DNA of 20,836 nucleotides from Caldisericota bacterium (GTDB lineage: Bacteria > Caldisericota > Caldisericia > JAAYUI01), in contig JAKPMO010000020.1 of NCBI GenBank assembly GCA_029548865.1, forward strand, positions 1 through 20,836. Reading direction: 5' to 3'. The notes under the pieces were generated by a model. That model worked only from the letters and a program-made list of their open reading frames with translations. It did no database searches and had not been told where the DNA came from. Position numbers and translations under genes: made by a program. This document shows, piece after piece, positions 8,521 through 18,152 of this stretch. Each line of letters opens with the position of its first letter. Positions within the stretch are counted from its first letter, which is position 1.

Positions 8521-11500
8521 CTACGGGTACGTTATCACAACCTGCCTGGCAGAGGCCTCCCAGAGCGTCTTTGCACCGAGTGCGTCGGAGACAAACCTCA
8601 CCGGAATAAATGTTCGGCCATCCTTTATTGTTGCCGGCGGATCCATTGTCATGAGTGTCCCGTTCACCTCAGCTTTTGACTCCCCAATCTTTATCCTGAC
8701 GGTTGTCCTGCCCCTTTTGAATGTGACTGTTTTTGTGTAGTCGTCGTAATCGACCTTTGCAAAGAGGTTTTCCCCGATAAACCTGAAAGGCACCATCGTC
8801 TTTCCCTTTGTGATGTAGGGTGGTGCATCCAGTTCCACTGTGCTGTCGTTTACAACGGCCGTTTTTATTCCCACCTTCATCATGATGACCACTTGCGGGG
8901 CAGAAGGTGATGATTCAGCCATTCTGGGGATTCCATCACCAGATGGCCAGACCGGGACCACTTTGTAGTTGTAGACAGACTGTGGGTCAAGGTCACTGTC
9001 CAGAAATTCGTTTTTCCCTGACGGAGACTCAAAGATTTTTTTCTCTGGCAGGAGTTTCCCCCTGTAATACTCAGTCCTTTCAATCCTGTAGCCCTTGAGT
9101 TCCTCGCCCCTGTATGTTGGAGGTAGCCATGAAAGTTTGATTGCAAAAGGCATTGGCTCTGCAATCAGATTAGACACAAACTTGAATTGTGGCCCGATCT
9201 CTGGAACATTCAGCGAGATTTCAATGTAGAGGGTCCCGATTGCCGATTTGACCATTATCCTGCCAAAATGCTGACCTGTTGCCAGATCTTTTGTCACTTC
9301 AATTCTGATGTCTGCAGATTTTCCCTGCTGGAGCACCAGCTTGTCTGGCAAAGCTGCAAGGTAGTCCGGTTCGGGTTTTATTTCACAAGAGAAATCGCCA
9401 GGGCCGGAATTCTTTACTTTGAAGGTGGCGTATGCGCCCTTTGTGTTTTGCATGGAACCAAGGTTGATTGACGTTGGTGCTATTTCAATTTTTGGGTAGG
9501 GCTGTTCCTGTTTTCTGGGCACTGTTGTCGCCAGTGCTGATGATGGCCCAAGCGAGCCATCGGGGCATGTGACCCTGACGTAGTAAGAATACGACATGCC
9601 ATTTGTCAGGCCGGTATCTTCGAACTGCCTGGCATTTGCGGGGAGAGGTATGGGCGTCAGGAGCTTTGGTGCATTGTTGCCCTCAATCCTGTATACAAGA
9701 AAGCCATTGGCCTGGGTTGATGGCTCGCTCCACATGACTGTGGCCGCCGAATCCCCTGGCTTGACCGACACCTTGACTGTTGTTGGGCAGGTTTTTTCGA
9801 CCATTTCGCCTGTTATTGTAAACGCCAGGTCAAATGGACTTTTGTCCTGTGCCATCGGGTTGACTGATGACATGCAGACGACATAAAAAGATAGTGATTT
9901 TGGGTTTCCAATCATTTCCAGAGGAACAGGCACAAGGAGCTTCCCATCTGTAAATACAGTCCCTTCCAGCTCTGCCACTTCAGAGATCGGGCCGTTTTGT
10001 GCAGAGAGGAGCCTGCAGATGACATTTCCACCCTTCATATAAACGTTGACGATGAAGTCTTCTCCGCCCGGGCTGCCGTTCTCTGGAAACATCCCTGTTG
10101 ATGCGTCCTGGTCAGAATTTATGAATATTGAGACCTGGACATCGTTTCCGGAGGCAGTCGGGTCTTTGTAAAATCCGACCTTGAAGAGAACATTACCTTT
10201 TGAAGGGTTGTTTGCACACTCTATTGTTTTCATGTCGACCGGGAAGCTTGGGTCTTCATTGTCCTCGAAAATGGTTGTGAAAACCGGAGTGTCCGACTGG
10301 ACAAGACTTGAGGAAACGGGGCCTGCAATGTCCCAGTCTCCCTCAGGTGCCTTCCACCCGCCACATGCAACGCGGAATGATATGTTTTTTGGAGTTCCGA
10401 TCCTCTTTAGTCCCACAGAGAACTGGACTGTGCCGCTTTCTGCATTGCAGACAAGATCAGTCAGCGGTGAATTCCTGAACCCCCCGATACCTTCCTTGTA
10501 GTTCCACACATTTGAAACGAGCCTGCCAGATTCTGTTGCAACCTCAAAAATGTAGTCCTCGTTGCCTTTGCAAAACCTCTCATTTGAAAATCCGCCGGTT
10601 TTGGGGTCAGTATCGGCCAAAACAAGTATTTTTTTGTCATAGTTACCCATTCCGGAAAGTCCGTCCCAGAAGTCTATTCTGAAGTGCACCCTCTCCTGGT
10701 CCTGCATCAGGAAGATATTTTTGATGCACATTCTTTTGAAGAGAACTGGCGGGTTTCTTGCGAGCAGCTGCCAGGGCGGCGTGACCTTCTGCTCGGCCTC
10801 GACGTAGTTTGCCACGCAGGCAAACTTTCCGGAGAGCCCGACATGAACCCTGTGGATGCCCACCGAAACCTGTGCCGGAAAGTCAAAATATGCAAAGGTT
10901 TTGCCCTTGGCCTTTTCCGTTTTTGCTTCAATGGAGGCTTTTGCGCCTACCATCGTGTATTTGAGGTGGTCTGGAGAAAGGTCCGGGTTGGTGTCCTGGA
11001 ATGTCCTCGCAACAAGCTTAAAATCAATATTTGATGGCTCGCCAATCGCCCTTCTCGGGATGGCAAAAGAGATGGTATCACCTTTTACTGTTCCAAACCC
11101 CAACCCGCCTGTCTCGACAGTATCTGGCCCGACCCATCTGTCCAGAACAAACTTATCAGCGCCATGTTCCCTCGAATACCTGGCAAAAAAATCCTCCCCA
11201 CCCTGGTTGTATGACCTGTCGTTTGCTTTTGGCATGCCGGTTTTTGGGTTGCCATCCACGTCCATTGCGATGGAGATGAAAACATCGCCATCAACTGGTT
11301 TGTATAGCATTATTCTTGCCCATACATACAGGCTGTCATGTTTCATCTCCAGGCTCTTCACATCAACCGGTTTGGTACTATCGGCATCGGAGGTGAAAAT
11401 TGTTTCGTAGTCTTTTGTTTCGCGATCAAAATATACGGAAGCGTCTGAATCTGATTCAAAACCAAACTCCACCCTTGCTTTTCTCGCCTCGCCAAGCGCA

Positions 11501-11601
11501 GAAATGGTCACTTGTGATGAAATATCGGCGCAGAGGGCTTGCGGCACAGCAAGCACCTGGAGCACAAGAGCAAGGCACACAGAAAAGCTGAGGGCTTTCA
11601 T
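8521..11601 (-). CDS. Large secreted surface protein: three repeated beta-sandwich domains, two FN3, one Ig-like domain, C-terminal copper amine oxidase N-terminal ('stalk') domain (1026 aa)
   Basis: GGAGG SD before ATG 11601; signal peptide. FN3 signatures (VMWSEP...GFLVYR...FEDTGLTNGMSYSYYV; LSWLPP...GYRIER...FLDSDL...YNYKV). Stalk domain LDAPPYITKGKTMVPFRFIGE...GRTFIPVRFVSDALGA. Confidence 0.85.
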   Translation of the reverse strand: MKALSFSVCLALVLQVLAVPQALCADISSQVTISALGEARKARVEFGFESDSDASVYFDRETKDYETIFTSDADSTKPVDVKSLEMKHDSLYVWARIMLYKPVDGDVFISIAMDVDGNPKTGMPKANDRSYNQGGEDFFARYSREHGADKFVLDRWVGPDTVETGGLGFGTVKGDTISFAIPRRAIGEPSNIDFKLVARTFQDTNPDLSPDHLKYTMVGAKASIEAKTEKAKGKTFAYFDFPAQVSVGIHRVHVGLSGKFACVANYVEAEQKVTPPWQLLARNPPVLFKRMCIKNIFLMQDQERVHFRIDFWDGLSGMGNYDKKILVLADTDPKTGGFSNERFCKGNEDYIFEVATESGRLVSNVWNYKEGIGGFRNSPLTDLVCNAESGTVQFSVGLKRIGTPKNISFRVACGGWKAPEGDWDIAGPVSSSLVQSDTPVFTTIFEDNEDPSFPVDMKTIECANNPSKGNVLFKVGFYKDPTASGNDVQVSIFINSDQDASTGMFPENGSPGGEDFIVNVYMKGGNVICRLLSAQNGPISEVAELEGTVFTDGKLLVPVPLEMIGNPKSLSFYVVCMSSVNPMAQDKSPFDLAFTITGEMVEKTCPTTVKVSVKPGDSAATVMWSEPSTQANGFLVYRIEGNNAPKLLTPIPLPANARQFEDTGLTNGMSYSYYVRVTCPDGSLGPSSALATTVPRKQEQPYPKIEIAPTSINLGSMQNTKGAYATFKVKNSGPGDFSCEIKPEPDYLAALPDKLVLQQGKSADIRIEVTKDLATGQHFGRIMVKSAIGTLYIEISLNVPEIGPQFKFVSNLIAEPMPFAIKLSWLPPTYRGEELKGYRIERTEYYRGKLLPEKKIFESPSGKNEFLDSDLDPQSVYNYKVVPVWPSGDGIPRMAESSPSAPQVVIMMKVGIKTAVVNDSTVELDAPPYITKGKTMVPFRFIGENLFAKVDYDDYTKTVTFKRGRTTVRIKIGESKAEVNGTLMTMDPPATIKDGRTFIPVRFVSDALGAKTLWEASARQVVITYP

Positions 11602-11666
11602 AAAAACCTCCGGCAAAAGTTTGCACATCATTGACCTTTGGGTCTCTACACATAAAACTATCATAC

Positions 11667-12728
11667 ATGGCAAACAGGTTCAAAATTATTTTAGCACTTT
11701 TCGGGTCAGCCGTTTTTATGCTCTCCTGCGGTGCACAGGGTCAGCATACCAAAAATCTTTCCCTTGTCCCGTCCCACCTCGTGCAAAAGTCCGAGGAAAC
11801 CCAGAATAACATGGTGGTTTTTTCGTTTGACGTAAAGGCCATGAGGGAAACGGCAAAGGTGACTTCCAGACAGCCAAAGGTTGTTGCAGAACAGATCGGG
11901 CTTGTCCTGTCAAAAGCGCCTTCCGGCAAGGACTCTCCTCCGTCGCTTGACCCGATGAAAATGGAAGGGTTTGCCATTTGCCCGCAGTATGACCTTCAGG
12001 CAATGACAAGCACTGAAGGCTTGGCAGATTTCCTCTCCAAAAATGGCTACATCTCCGAGGAGAGTGGTAAGCTGAAGACCTACTCCAGAAAATACATGCC
12101 TGGCGAGACAGTTGAATTGCCCCCATACCAGCTTGTTTCGGGCAACGGCGCAATCCAGGTAACGACAGAAAACAAATCAGTTGCAGACTACTCAAAATAC
12201 CTCCTTGATGGTGAAGACAATCCTGTCACAAGCTACAGCGCGGTGCAGGAAGTTGTCGCCGGCCTTGATGATTTTCCGGCAATTGCCCTGATTTTTCCCT
12301 TTGAATCCTTCGCTGGGAAGCAGGACACAAGGCTCATCATTTCAGGGCTGAGGCCAGACGAGCTGTCCGAAATGGCAGGCAGCTACAAGTCCTGGGGAAG
12401 GCCGGACAAGATAAAGATGATGGGTGTAGGTTCAAAGGTTGAGGGCCTGACAGAAACCGTCAAAATGGTGTTCCTGTACAAGGACGAAGAGGCCGCCGAA
12501 GGCGACCTCGAAGACCTCAAAAACGCATGCCTGAATGCCAGGAGTGTGATCGATGGCACGCCGTGGGCGGCAAAAATGGGCCTTGGCAGGGCAGTAGTCA
12601 TACGCGACGGAAAAATGATTGAGGCCACATTCCCGCTTGACAGGGGAGGCCGGAGTGGATACCGGTTCCCGCAGGCGCTTGATGTTGCCTTCAGGATAGG
12701 TGATTACGGAGTGTTCTGGAAAAAATGA
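11667..12728 (+). CDS. Hypothetical lipoprotein (353 aa)
   Basis: MANRFKIILALFGSAVFMLS-C lipobox; long ORF; paralogous to the next gene. Confidence 0.75.
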   Translation: MANRFKIILALFGSAVFMLSCGAQGQHTKNLSLVPSHLVQKSEETQNNMVVFSFDVKAMRETAKVTSRQPKVVAEQIGLVLSKAPSGKDSPPSLDPMKMEGFAICPQYDLQAMTSTEGLADFLSKNGYISEESGKLKTYSRKYMPGETVELPPYQLVSGNGAIQVTTENKSVADYSKYLLDGEDNPVTSYSAVQEVVAGLDDFPAIALIFPFESFAGKQDTRLIISGLRPDELSEMAGSYKSWGRPDKIKMMGVGSKVEGLTETVKMVFLYKDEEAAEGDLEDLKNACLNARSVIDGTPWAAKMGLGRAVVIRDGKMIEATFPLDRGGRSGYRFPQALDVAFRIGDYGVFWKK

Positions 12729-13924
12729 GAAAATATACCCTTGTTGTTTTTGCCGTTTTGGTGTCCTTTTTGGCTGCCTCATGCGGGGCTGGTCCGTCCC
12801 ATGTGCCGCAAAACCCTTTTCAGGTTGCACTCTCCAGGATGCCAAAAAAAATAATGGAAGTGCAGACACGAAAACTCTGGATGAAGGGCTTTGTCTTCAA
12901 TGACATGAGGGCAACCGCCAAATCGAGGGGTCTTGCCACACACCAGCTCCTTTCGATAGAAGACCTCAAGGACTGGCTCCTCTCCATGGGTCACAATGCC
13001 TCATCCTCGACAGACTCGGCAGTTGACCTTGGCACCTGGAGACACACCGAATTTCTTAATCCCAGCACCTGGCTTTACAACTGCTATGACATCTCAAGGG
13101 ACCACGAGCTGATAAAGACAGAAGCCAGCATCCCGGATTTCAAGGTATGGATGGAGAGGCACAACTATGCGACGGTGGCCACCCAGCCTGTCCTTTATCT
13201 TGCACAGAGCGGGTTCCACAGGGACTCGGTCGTTTTTGGCTCCGGTGTTGTGGTTGGTGAAGACGGTGCGGCGTTCATCTGCCGAGAAGTACCAGGTGAC
13301 GGGACGCTTGAGGCTGCCTTTGGCATGTATGACGACAATGAACCTTCCCTGCTAGATGTGGATGAAATAAGGGAGATGACCGGCAGGATGCCGGAGGGTC
13401 TGTTTACTGGCCTTGTGTGCAAGTTGGATTCATCCGTTTCTGACTACAATCACATAACAGGCGGTGACGACACCGGCATGTCAGGTGTGCCACTCACCAG
13501 TTCCCAGACAGCCTATTTTTTTGAAAATGGAAGACCAAAGACGCTTTCCTGGTTTTCTGTTGCCCATGTGGCAAGGAAAGGCGCCCAAGGCCTCCAGTGG
13601 GAGTTCATGTACGACAATGAGGAAGAGGCTGGGAAAGATTTGCCCATTCTTGAAAAGGCTATTCTGGAAACAAAGGGGCGCTTCACAGGCAAGAACTGGT
13701 GGAGCGAGGACCTTCACCTTGGCAAGCCAGAGATCACAAGGGACGGAAAATTCATAAAAGTCTGGGCCGAGTTCAATATTGATGGCAAAACAAAAGAAAA
13801 ACTTGCATCAGGCAACATGACACCGACAGAAAAGAAAGACCTGTGGTTTGAGGTCAGGGCGCTCTTTGATCTCTCTGACAAGTTTTTGCGCAGGGACTAT
13901 GGCATCCTCTGGCAGGGATATTAA
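12725..13924 (+). CDS. Hypothetical lipoprotein (399 aa), paralog of upstream gene
   Basis: MRKYTLVVFAVLVSFLAAS-C lipobox; ATGA overlap with upstream stop; shared C-terminal motifs. Confidence 0.78.
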   Translation: MRKYTLVVFAVLVSFLAASCGAGPSHVPQNPFQVALSRMPKKIMEVQTRKLWMKGFVFNDMRATAKSRGLATHQLLSIEDLKDWLLSMGHNASSSTDSAVDLGTWRHTEFLNPSTWLYNCYDISRDHELIKTEASIPDFKVWMERHNYATVATQPVLYLAQSGFHRDSVVFGSGVVVGEDGAAFICREVPGDGTLEAAFGMYDDNEPSLLDVDEIREMTGRMPEGLFTGLVCKLDSSVSDYNHITGGDDTGMSGVPLTSSQTAYFFENGRPKTLSWFSVAHVARKGAQGLQWEFMYDNEEEAGKDLPILEKAILETKGRFTGKNWWSEDLHLGKPEITRDGKFIKVWAEFNIDGKTKEKLASGNMTPTEKKDLWFEVRALFDLSDKFLRRDYGILWQGY

Positions 13925-13936
13925 GGAATAACGTTT

Positions 13937-13980
13937 ATAACAAAAAGCCGAACAGCAGATGCTGTTCGGCTTTTTGTTAT
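13937..13980. terminator. Bidirectional rho-independent terminator
   Basis: Perfect 21-bp inverted repeat ATAACAAAAAGCCGAACAGCA-ga-TGCTGTTCGGCTTTTTGTTAT with A/T tracts on both sides, between convergent genes. Confidence 0.9.
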
Positions 13981-13990
13981 CAGATGCTCA

Positions 13991-14842
13991 TCAAAGTTTG
14001 ACTACAAGTTCTGTAGATTTGAAAGGGTTAGAGTAAAGATTTGTCTCCAAATCTTTAGATGCCATTAGAATAATTCTGTACGTTTCACCCTTTTCCAACT
14101 TCACATCGCATTTGTCGCCAGTATCCAGAAGTCTGGAAAAATCCAATACAGTAACTTTGTTTGTACCAAATATCTCAAATGAATCTTTTGTTAAAATGGA
14201 GTTTTTCCCACCTTTATCTATGTCTGATCCCAATGATTTATTTGTGAAATACCCATCGGTGACCACTGTTTCTTTGCTTTTATCATCTTTAAGACCGCCG
14301 TAAAAGTCTATACCTGATATTAAAGGTTGCACTTTATCTATAATATTTTTTTGATCAAGTGGAATTATCATCATGCCAACCCACCCATTTGTCGGGTAGC
14401 TTATCGAAAACTTGATGTATGGGGACGAGATGGTTTCGTTTTTGTCCGGTTTTATGATTCGATATTCAAGCGAGAAATCATCTCTTTTGTACTGGACCAG
14501 CCCTTTGTATATGTCGATGCCAGTCATCATCAGTGTTGCATTCGAGCCATCCTCATAGGTGGCAGTCATTGTTGCCGAGTATGAACCCTCTTTTTCAAAC
14601 GTGTGCTTTGGGTTCTGGCCGGTTGCAGTGCCACCGTCGCTGAATTTCCAGTCCCAGGACTTTGGTTTTGCACTTGAGCCGGCATTGAACTGCACCTCGC
14701 AAGGTGGGCTCAAAAGTGTCGGGTTTGACGTAAGATGTTGTATTTCAAACCAGCAGTTGTTTTCATCTGCAATTGTTTTCCCGCATGAAGCACAAAGTGG
14801 CACTAGCATTACAAAAACAAGAATAAAAGCTATTTTTTTCAT
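13991..14842 (-). CDS. Lipoprotein with PKD domain and DOMON-like domain (283 aa)
   Basis: GGAGAGGGG SD before ATG 14842; LCAS-C lipobox. PKD: WDWKFSDGGTATGQNPKHTFEKEGSY. DOMON-like: TNGWVGMMI...VTDGY...GGKNSIL...FSRLLDTGDKCD. Confidence 0.8.
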   Translation of the reverse strand: MKKIAFILVFVMLVPLCASCGKTIADENNCWFEIQHLTSNPTLLSPPCEVQFNAGSSAKPKSWDWKFSDGGTATGQNPKHTFEKEGSYSATMTATYEDGSNATLMMTGIDIYKGLVQYKRDDFSLEYRIIKPDKNETISSPYIKFSISYPTNGWVGMMIIPLDQKNIIDKVQPLISGIDFYGGLKDDKSKETVVTDGYFTNKSLGSDIDKGGKNSILTKDSFEIFGTNKVTVLDFSRLLDTGDKCDVKLEKGETYRIILMASKDLETNLYSNPFKSTELVVKL

Positions 14843-15026
14843 AGCATACCCCTCTCCGTTTTTATGTTTGCTCTTCCAGCCTGACATTTCACCCGATTAT
14901 CCCTAGTGTGTTTTGGGTGTGATTGTTCCGGCCAAATGTTGCCAAATTGTCAACGGATTTCTTTTGCCAGTTCAAACAGCACTGTCATAAGCGTTCTTGT
15001 CCTCACGTCGTCCCGCGAGCTGTTCA

Positions 15027-18000
15027 TTATTTCAAAATGTCAGTATCTGGTCCAGTCCAATCTTTGCAAAGTAATTCTGCTTGTTCTAGGACCGTTTGTG
15101 TGGCCTTTTCTTGTTTATCTGGTGGGTAACCATGTTTGCGAAGAATATGCTTCACCATAACTCTGAGTTTGGCACGAGCACTTTCTTTGATTGTCCAGTC
15201 GATGGTAACATTACGGCGGATAGTCTCTAGAAGCTCCCTGGCGATTGTTCTTAAAGCGTTATCACCTAGTATTTTGACAGCACTATCATTAGTCTCCAAA
15301 GCATCATAAAAAGCCACCTCTTCTTCTGAAAGGCCCAGATTTTCCCCTCTTTTATTGGCTTCCCTGATATCTTTGGCTAATTTGATAAGCTCTTCAATAA
15401 CTTGCGCGGTTTCGATGCCCCTATTCTGATAGGCTCTTATAGATCTCTCAAGTACTTCAGCAAAAGATCTTGCTTGTACAAGGTTTTTGCGCGCACGTGT
15501 TTTAATTTCTTCATCCAGTAATTTTCGTAATAACTCTACTGCCAGATTTTTCTGTGGGATATTTCGAACCTCGGACAAGAACTCATCAGATAAGATTGAA
15601 ACATCCGGTTTTTTAAGCCCTGCGGTTGTGAAAATATCAACTATTTGGTCAGATGCAACAACTTTTGATACGAGTTGTCTAATTGCATGATCAAGGTTTT
15701 CTTCTGGTTTAGAATTTAATGCACTTGATTTTGACAAAGAAGTGCGAACTGCTTGAAAGAAAGCTATATCATCACAGATTTTTAAGGCTTTTTCATTAGG
15801 AACCGCCAGTGCAAATGCTTGAGAAAGTTCTGTAACAGCTTTAACTAGACGATCTTTACCATCATTCTTTGCTAGAATATGCTCTTGAGCATTTGGCAGC
15901 AGGTTGATTTTTTGAGCAGAGTTTGTCGTCCAACTGGACCAGTCAAACCCATGAAAAAGGTCACGACAAATTTCATATTTACTCTGCATTATTGCAACGG
16001 CTTCTTCTTGATCTATGGCAGTTTTTCCCTTGCCACCACTTTCTGTGTAATTGGCAAGCGCCTTGCGGAGATTATCGGCAAGTCCAAGATAGTCTACAAT
16101 CAAGCCGCCAGGTTTATCCTTGAATACACGGTTCACTCGAGCAATTGCTTGCATGAGGTTATGCCCACTCATCGGTTTGTCGATATACATCGTGTGAAGG
16201 CATGGCACATCAAATCCTGTAAGCCACATGTCACGCACAATCACTATCTTGAGCTGGTCACGAGGATCTTTGAAACGTTTTGCGAGTGCCTCTCTCCCTT
16301 GCTTGTTTCTTATGTGGGGCTGCCATTCTGATGGGTCTGTGGCTGAACCAGTCATTACGATTTTAATTGAACCCTTTTCATCATTTTCGTGGTGCCATTC
16401 TGGTCTCAGGGTCACGATAGCATTGTAAAGGTCAACACAAATACGTCGGCTCATACAGACAATCATTGCCTTGCCATCCATCGCTTCAAGGCGGTGCTCG
16501 AAGTGATTGATAATGTCTTTGGCAATAAGCTTAATGCGTTTTTCTGTTCCGGCTACAGCCTCCAGTGCCGCCCATTTGGTTTTTAGTTTTTCTTTTTGTG
16601 CTGCCTCTTCACCTTCTGTTATTTCTTCAAATTCCTCGTCCAAGTGAGGTTTCTCTGCCTCGTTGAGTTCCAGTTTGGCTAGACGACCTTCATAATAGAT
16701 GGGCACAGTTGCCCCATCTTCTACCGCGCGTTGGATATCGTAGATACTGATATAATCTCCGAAAACTGCCCGAGTGTTTTTGTCAGTCAAATCAATTGGG
16801 GTTCCAGTGAAACCAATAAAAGAAGCGTTTGGCAGGGCATCTCGCATGTGTCGTGCAAAACCATCAATAAAATCATATTGGCTCCGGTGGGCCTCATCTG
16901 CAATAACCACGATGTTTTGTCTGTCGGAAAGCTTTGGGAACGCATTGCCTTTTTCTTCTGGGAAAAATTTCTGGATTGTTGTGAAGATAATGCCCCCAGA
17001 AGCCACATTCAGCATTTCGCACAAGTGGACACGGCTCTCTGCCTGGATCGGTTTTTGGCGCAAAAGCTCGTGGCAACGTGAAAATGTTCCAAACAGCTGG
17101 TCATCCAGATCGTTGCGGTCCGTGATAACAACCAGTGTTGGATTTTCCATTTCTGGGCAAAGAACAATTCGTCCGGCGTAAAAAGCCATTGTCAGGCTTT
17201 TCCCGGACCCCTGGGTGTGCCAGACCACTCCGACACGGTGGTTGCCAGGCTTGCTGTCCCCATGTTGGCTTGTGGTAATTTTGCAATTGCAGGCGCGGAT
17301 TGTTTCCTGAACAGCTTCATTGACTGCATGGAACTGGTGGTATCCGGCGATTTTTTTAATGACCTTTCCGTTGCCTTCGTCCTCAAAAACAACAAAGTGC
17401 CGCAAAAAATTCAAAAAACGCTTTTTATCGAAAAGCCCTTTAAACAAAACCTCCAGCTGCGGCATTCTTGAAGATGCAGGCTCCTTGCCTTCAATGGTTT
17501 TCCAGGGTGAAAATCTCTCCCGGTCTGCTGTGAGCGATCCCACCCTTGCCGCTAGCCCGTCCGAGATGACCAGAAATTCGTTGAAAGTGAATAGTGACGG
17601 AATCTGGTTCTTGTAGGTTTGGAGCTGATTGAAGGCACCCCAGATGGTTGCGTTCTCGTCTGCCGCGTTTTTGAGCTCCACAACGGCGACAGGCAAACCG
17701 TTCAGGAAAAGGACAATGTCAGCCCTCCGGTTGTGCTGGCCCTCGACAACGGTAAACTGGTTCACTGCCAGAAAATTGTTGTTCTCCGGTTTTTCAAAAT
17801 CGGCCACCCTCACCTTGTCGTGGACTGTTCGTCCATTGGCCTGGTACTCAACATCAACCCCTTCGGTGAGCATCCGGTGAAACATCCTGTTGCACTGGAC
17901 AAGCGAGGGCGAGTCTGGCCTGGTGATTTTGCGGAAAGCATCTTCTATTGCATCTGCTGGGACCTTTGGGTTAAGGGAGGCCAAGGAATCAAGCAAGCGC

Positions 18001-18152
18001 CTGGAAAGAACAACGTCGTTGTAAGTTTTCCTCTCGGCGCTTGCCCCGTCTGGCGCGATGTTCGGGCCCTTTGCTGTCAGCCAGCCAGTGGTCCAGAGAT
18101 ACTCCATTGCGACTTCTTCGACTTCAGATTCGGTGAGGGATGTTATTTTCAT
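15027..18152 (-). CDS. hsdR: Type I restriction endonuclease subunit R (1041 aa)
   Basis: Nuclease motif [18 protein letters not shown], Walker [14 protein letters not shown] box, [23 protein letters not shown]3387-type C-terminus ([20 protein letters not shown]). Confidence 0.97.
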   Translation of the reverse strand: MKITSLTESEVEEVAMEYLWTTGWLTAKGPNIAPDGASAERKTYNDVVLSRRLLDSLASLNPKVPADAIEDAFRKITRPDSPSLVQCNRMFHRMLTEGVDVEYQANGRTVHDKVRVADFEKPENNNFLAVNQFTVVEGQHNRRADIVLFLNGLPVAVVELKNAADENATIWGAFNQLQTYKNQIPSLFTFNEFLVISDGLAARVGSLTADRERFSPWKTIEGKEPASSRMPQLEVLFKGLFDKKRFLNFLRHFVVFEDEGNGKVIKKIAGYHQFHAVNEAVQETIRACNCKITTSQHGDSKPGNHRVGVVWHTQGSGKSLTMAFYAGRIVLCPEMENPTLVVITDRNDLDDQLFGTFSRCHELLRQKPIQAESRVHLCEMLNVASGGIIFTTIQKFFPEEKGNAFPKLSDRQNIVVIADEAHRSQYDFIDGFARHMRDALPNASFIGFTGTPIDLTDKNTRAVFGDYISIYDIQRAVEDGATVPIYYEGRLAKLELNEAEKPHLDEEFEEITEGEEAAQKEKLKTKWAALEAVAGTEKRIKLIAKDIINHFEHRLEAMDGKAMIVCMSRRICVDLYNAIVTLRPEWHHENDEKGSIKIVMTGSATDPSEWQPHIRNKQGREALAKRFKDPRDQLKIVIVRDMWLTGFDVPCLHTMYIDKPMSGHNLMQAIARVNRVFKDKPGGLIVDYLGLADNLRKALANYTESGGKGKTAIDQEEAVAIMQSKYEICRDLFHGFDWSSWTTNSAQKINLLPNAQEHILAKNDGKDRLVKAVTELSQAFALAVPNEKALKICDDIAFFQAVRTSLSKSSALNSKPEENLDHAIRQLVSKVVASDQIVDIFTTAGLKKPDVSILSDEFLSEVRNIPQKNLAVELLRKLLDEEIKTRARKNLVQARSFAEVLERSIRAYQNRGIETAQVIEELIKLAKDIREANKRGENLGLSEEEVAFYDALETNDSAVKILGDNALRTIARELLETIRRNVTIDWTIKESARAKLRVMVKHILRKHGYPPDKQEKATQTVLEQAELLCKDWTGPDTDILK

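Noticed and set aside
10856..11410. 184-aa antisense ORF and other shadow ORFs (e.g. 17619-18155, 11716-12195, 2854-3312)
   Set aside because: Lie opposite or within well-supported genes and lack motifs or RBS.
11602..11673. Overlapping upstream starts of the two divergent ORFs (11673 minus, 11631 plus)
   Set aside because: SD and signal peptides support 11601 and 11667, leaving a 65-nt intergenic region.
13937..13980. 21-bp perfect inverted repeat as MITE or transposon end
   Set aside because: Arms are adjacent, with T-tails between convergent genes; fully explained as a bidirectional terminator.
14948..14953. Minus-strand TTGACA as -35 for the PKD-DOMON gene
   Set aside because: No -10 hexamer at 16-18 nt spacing.
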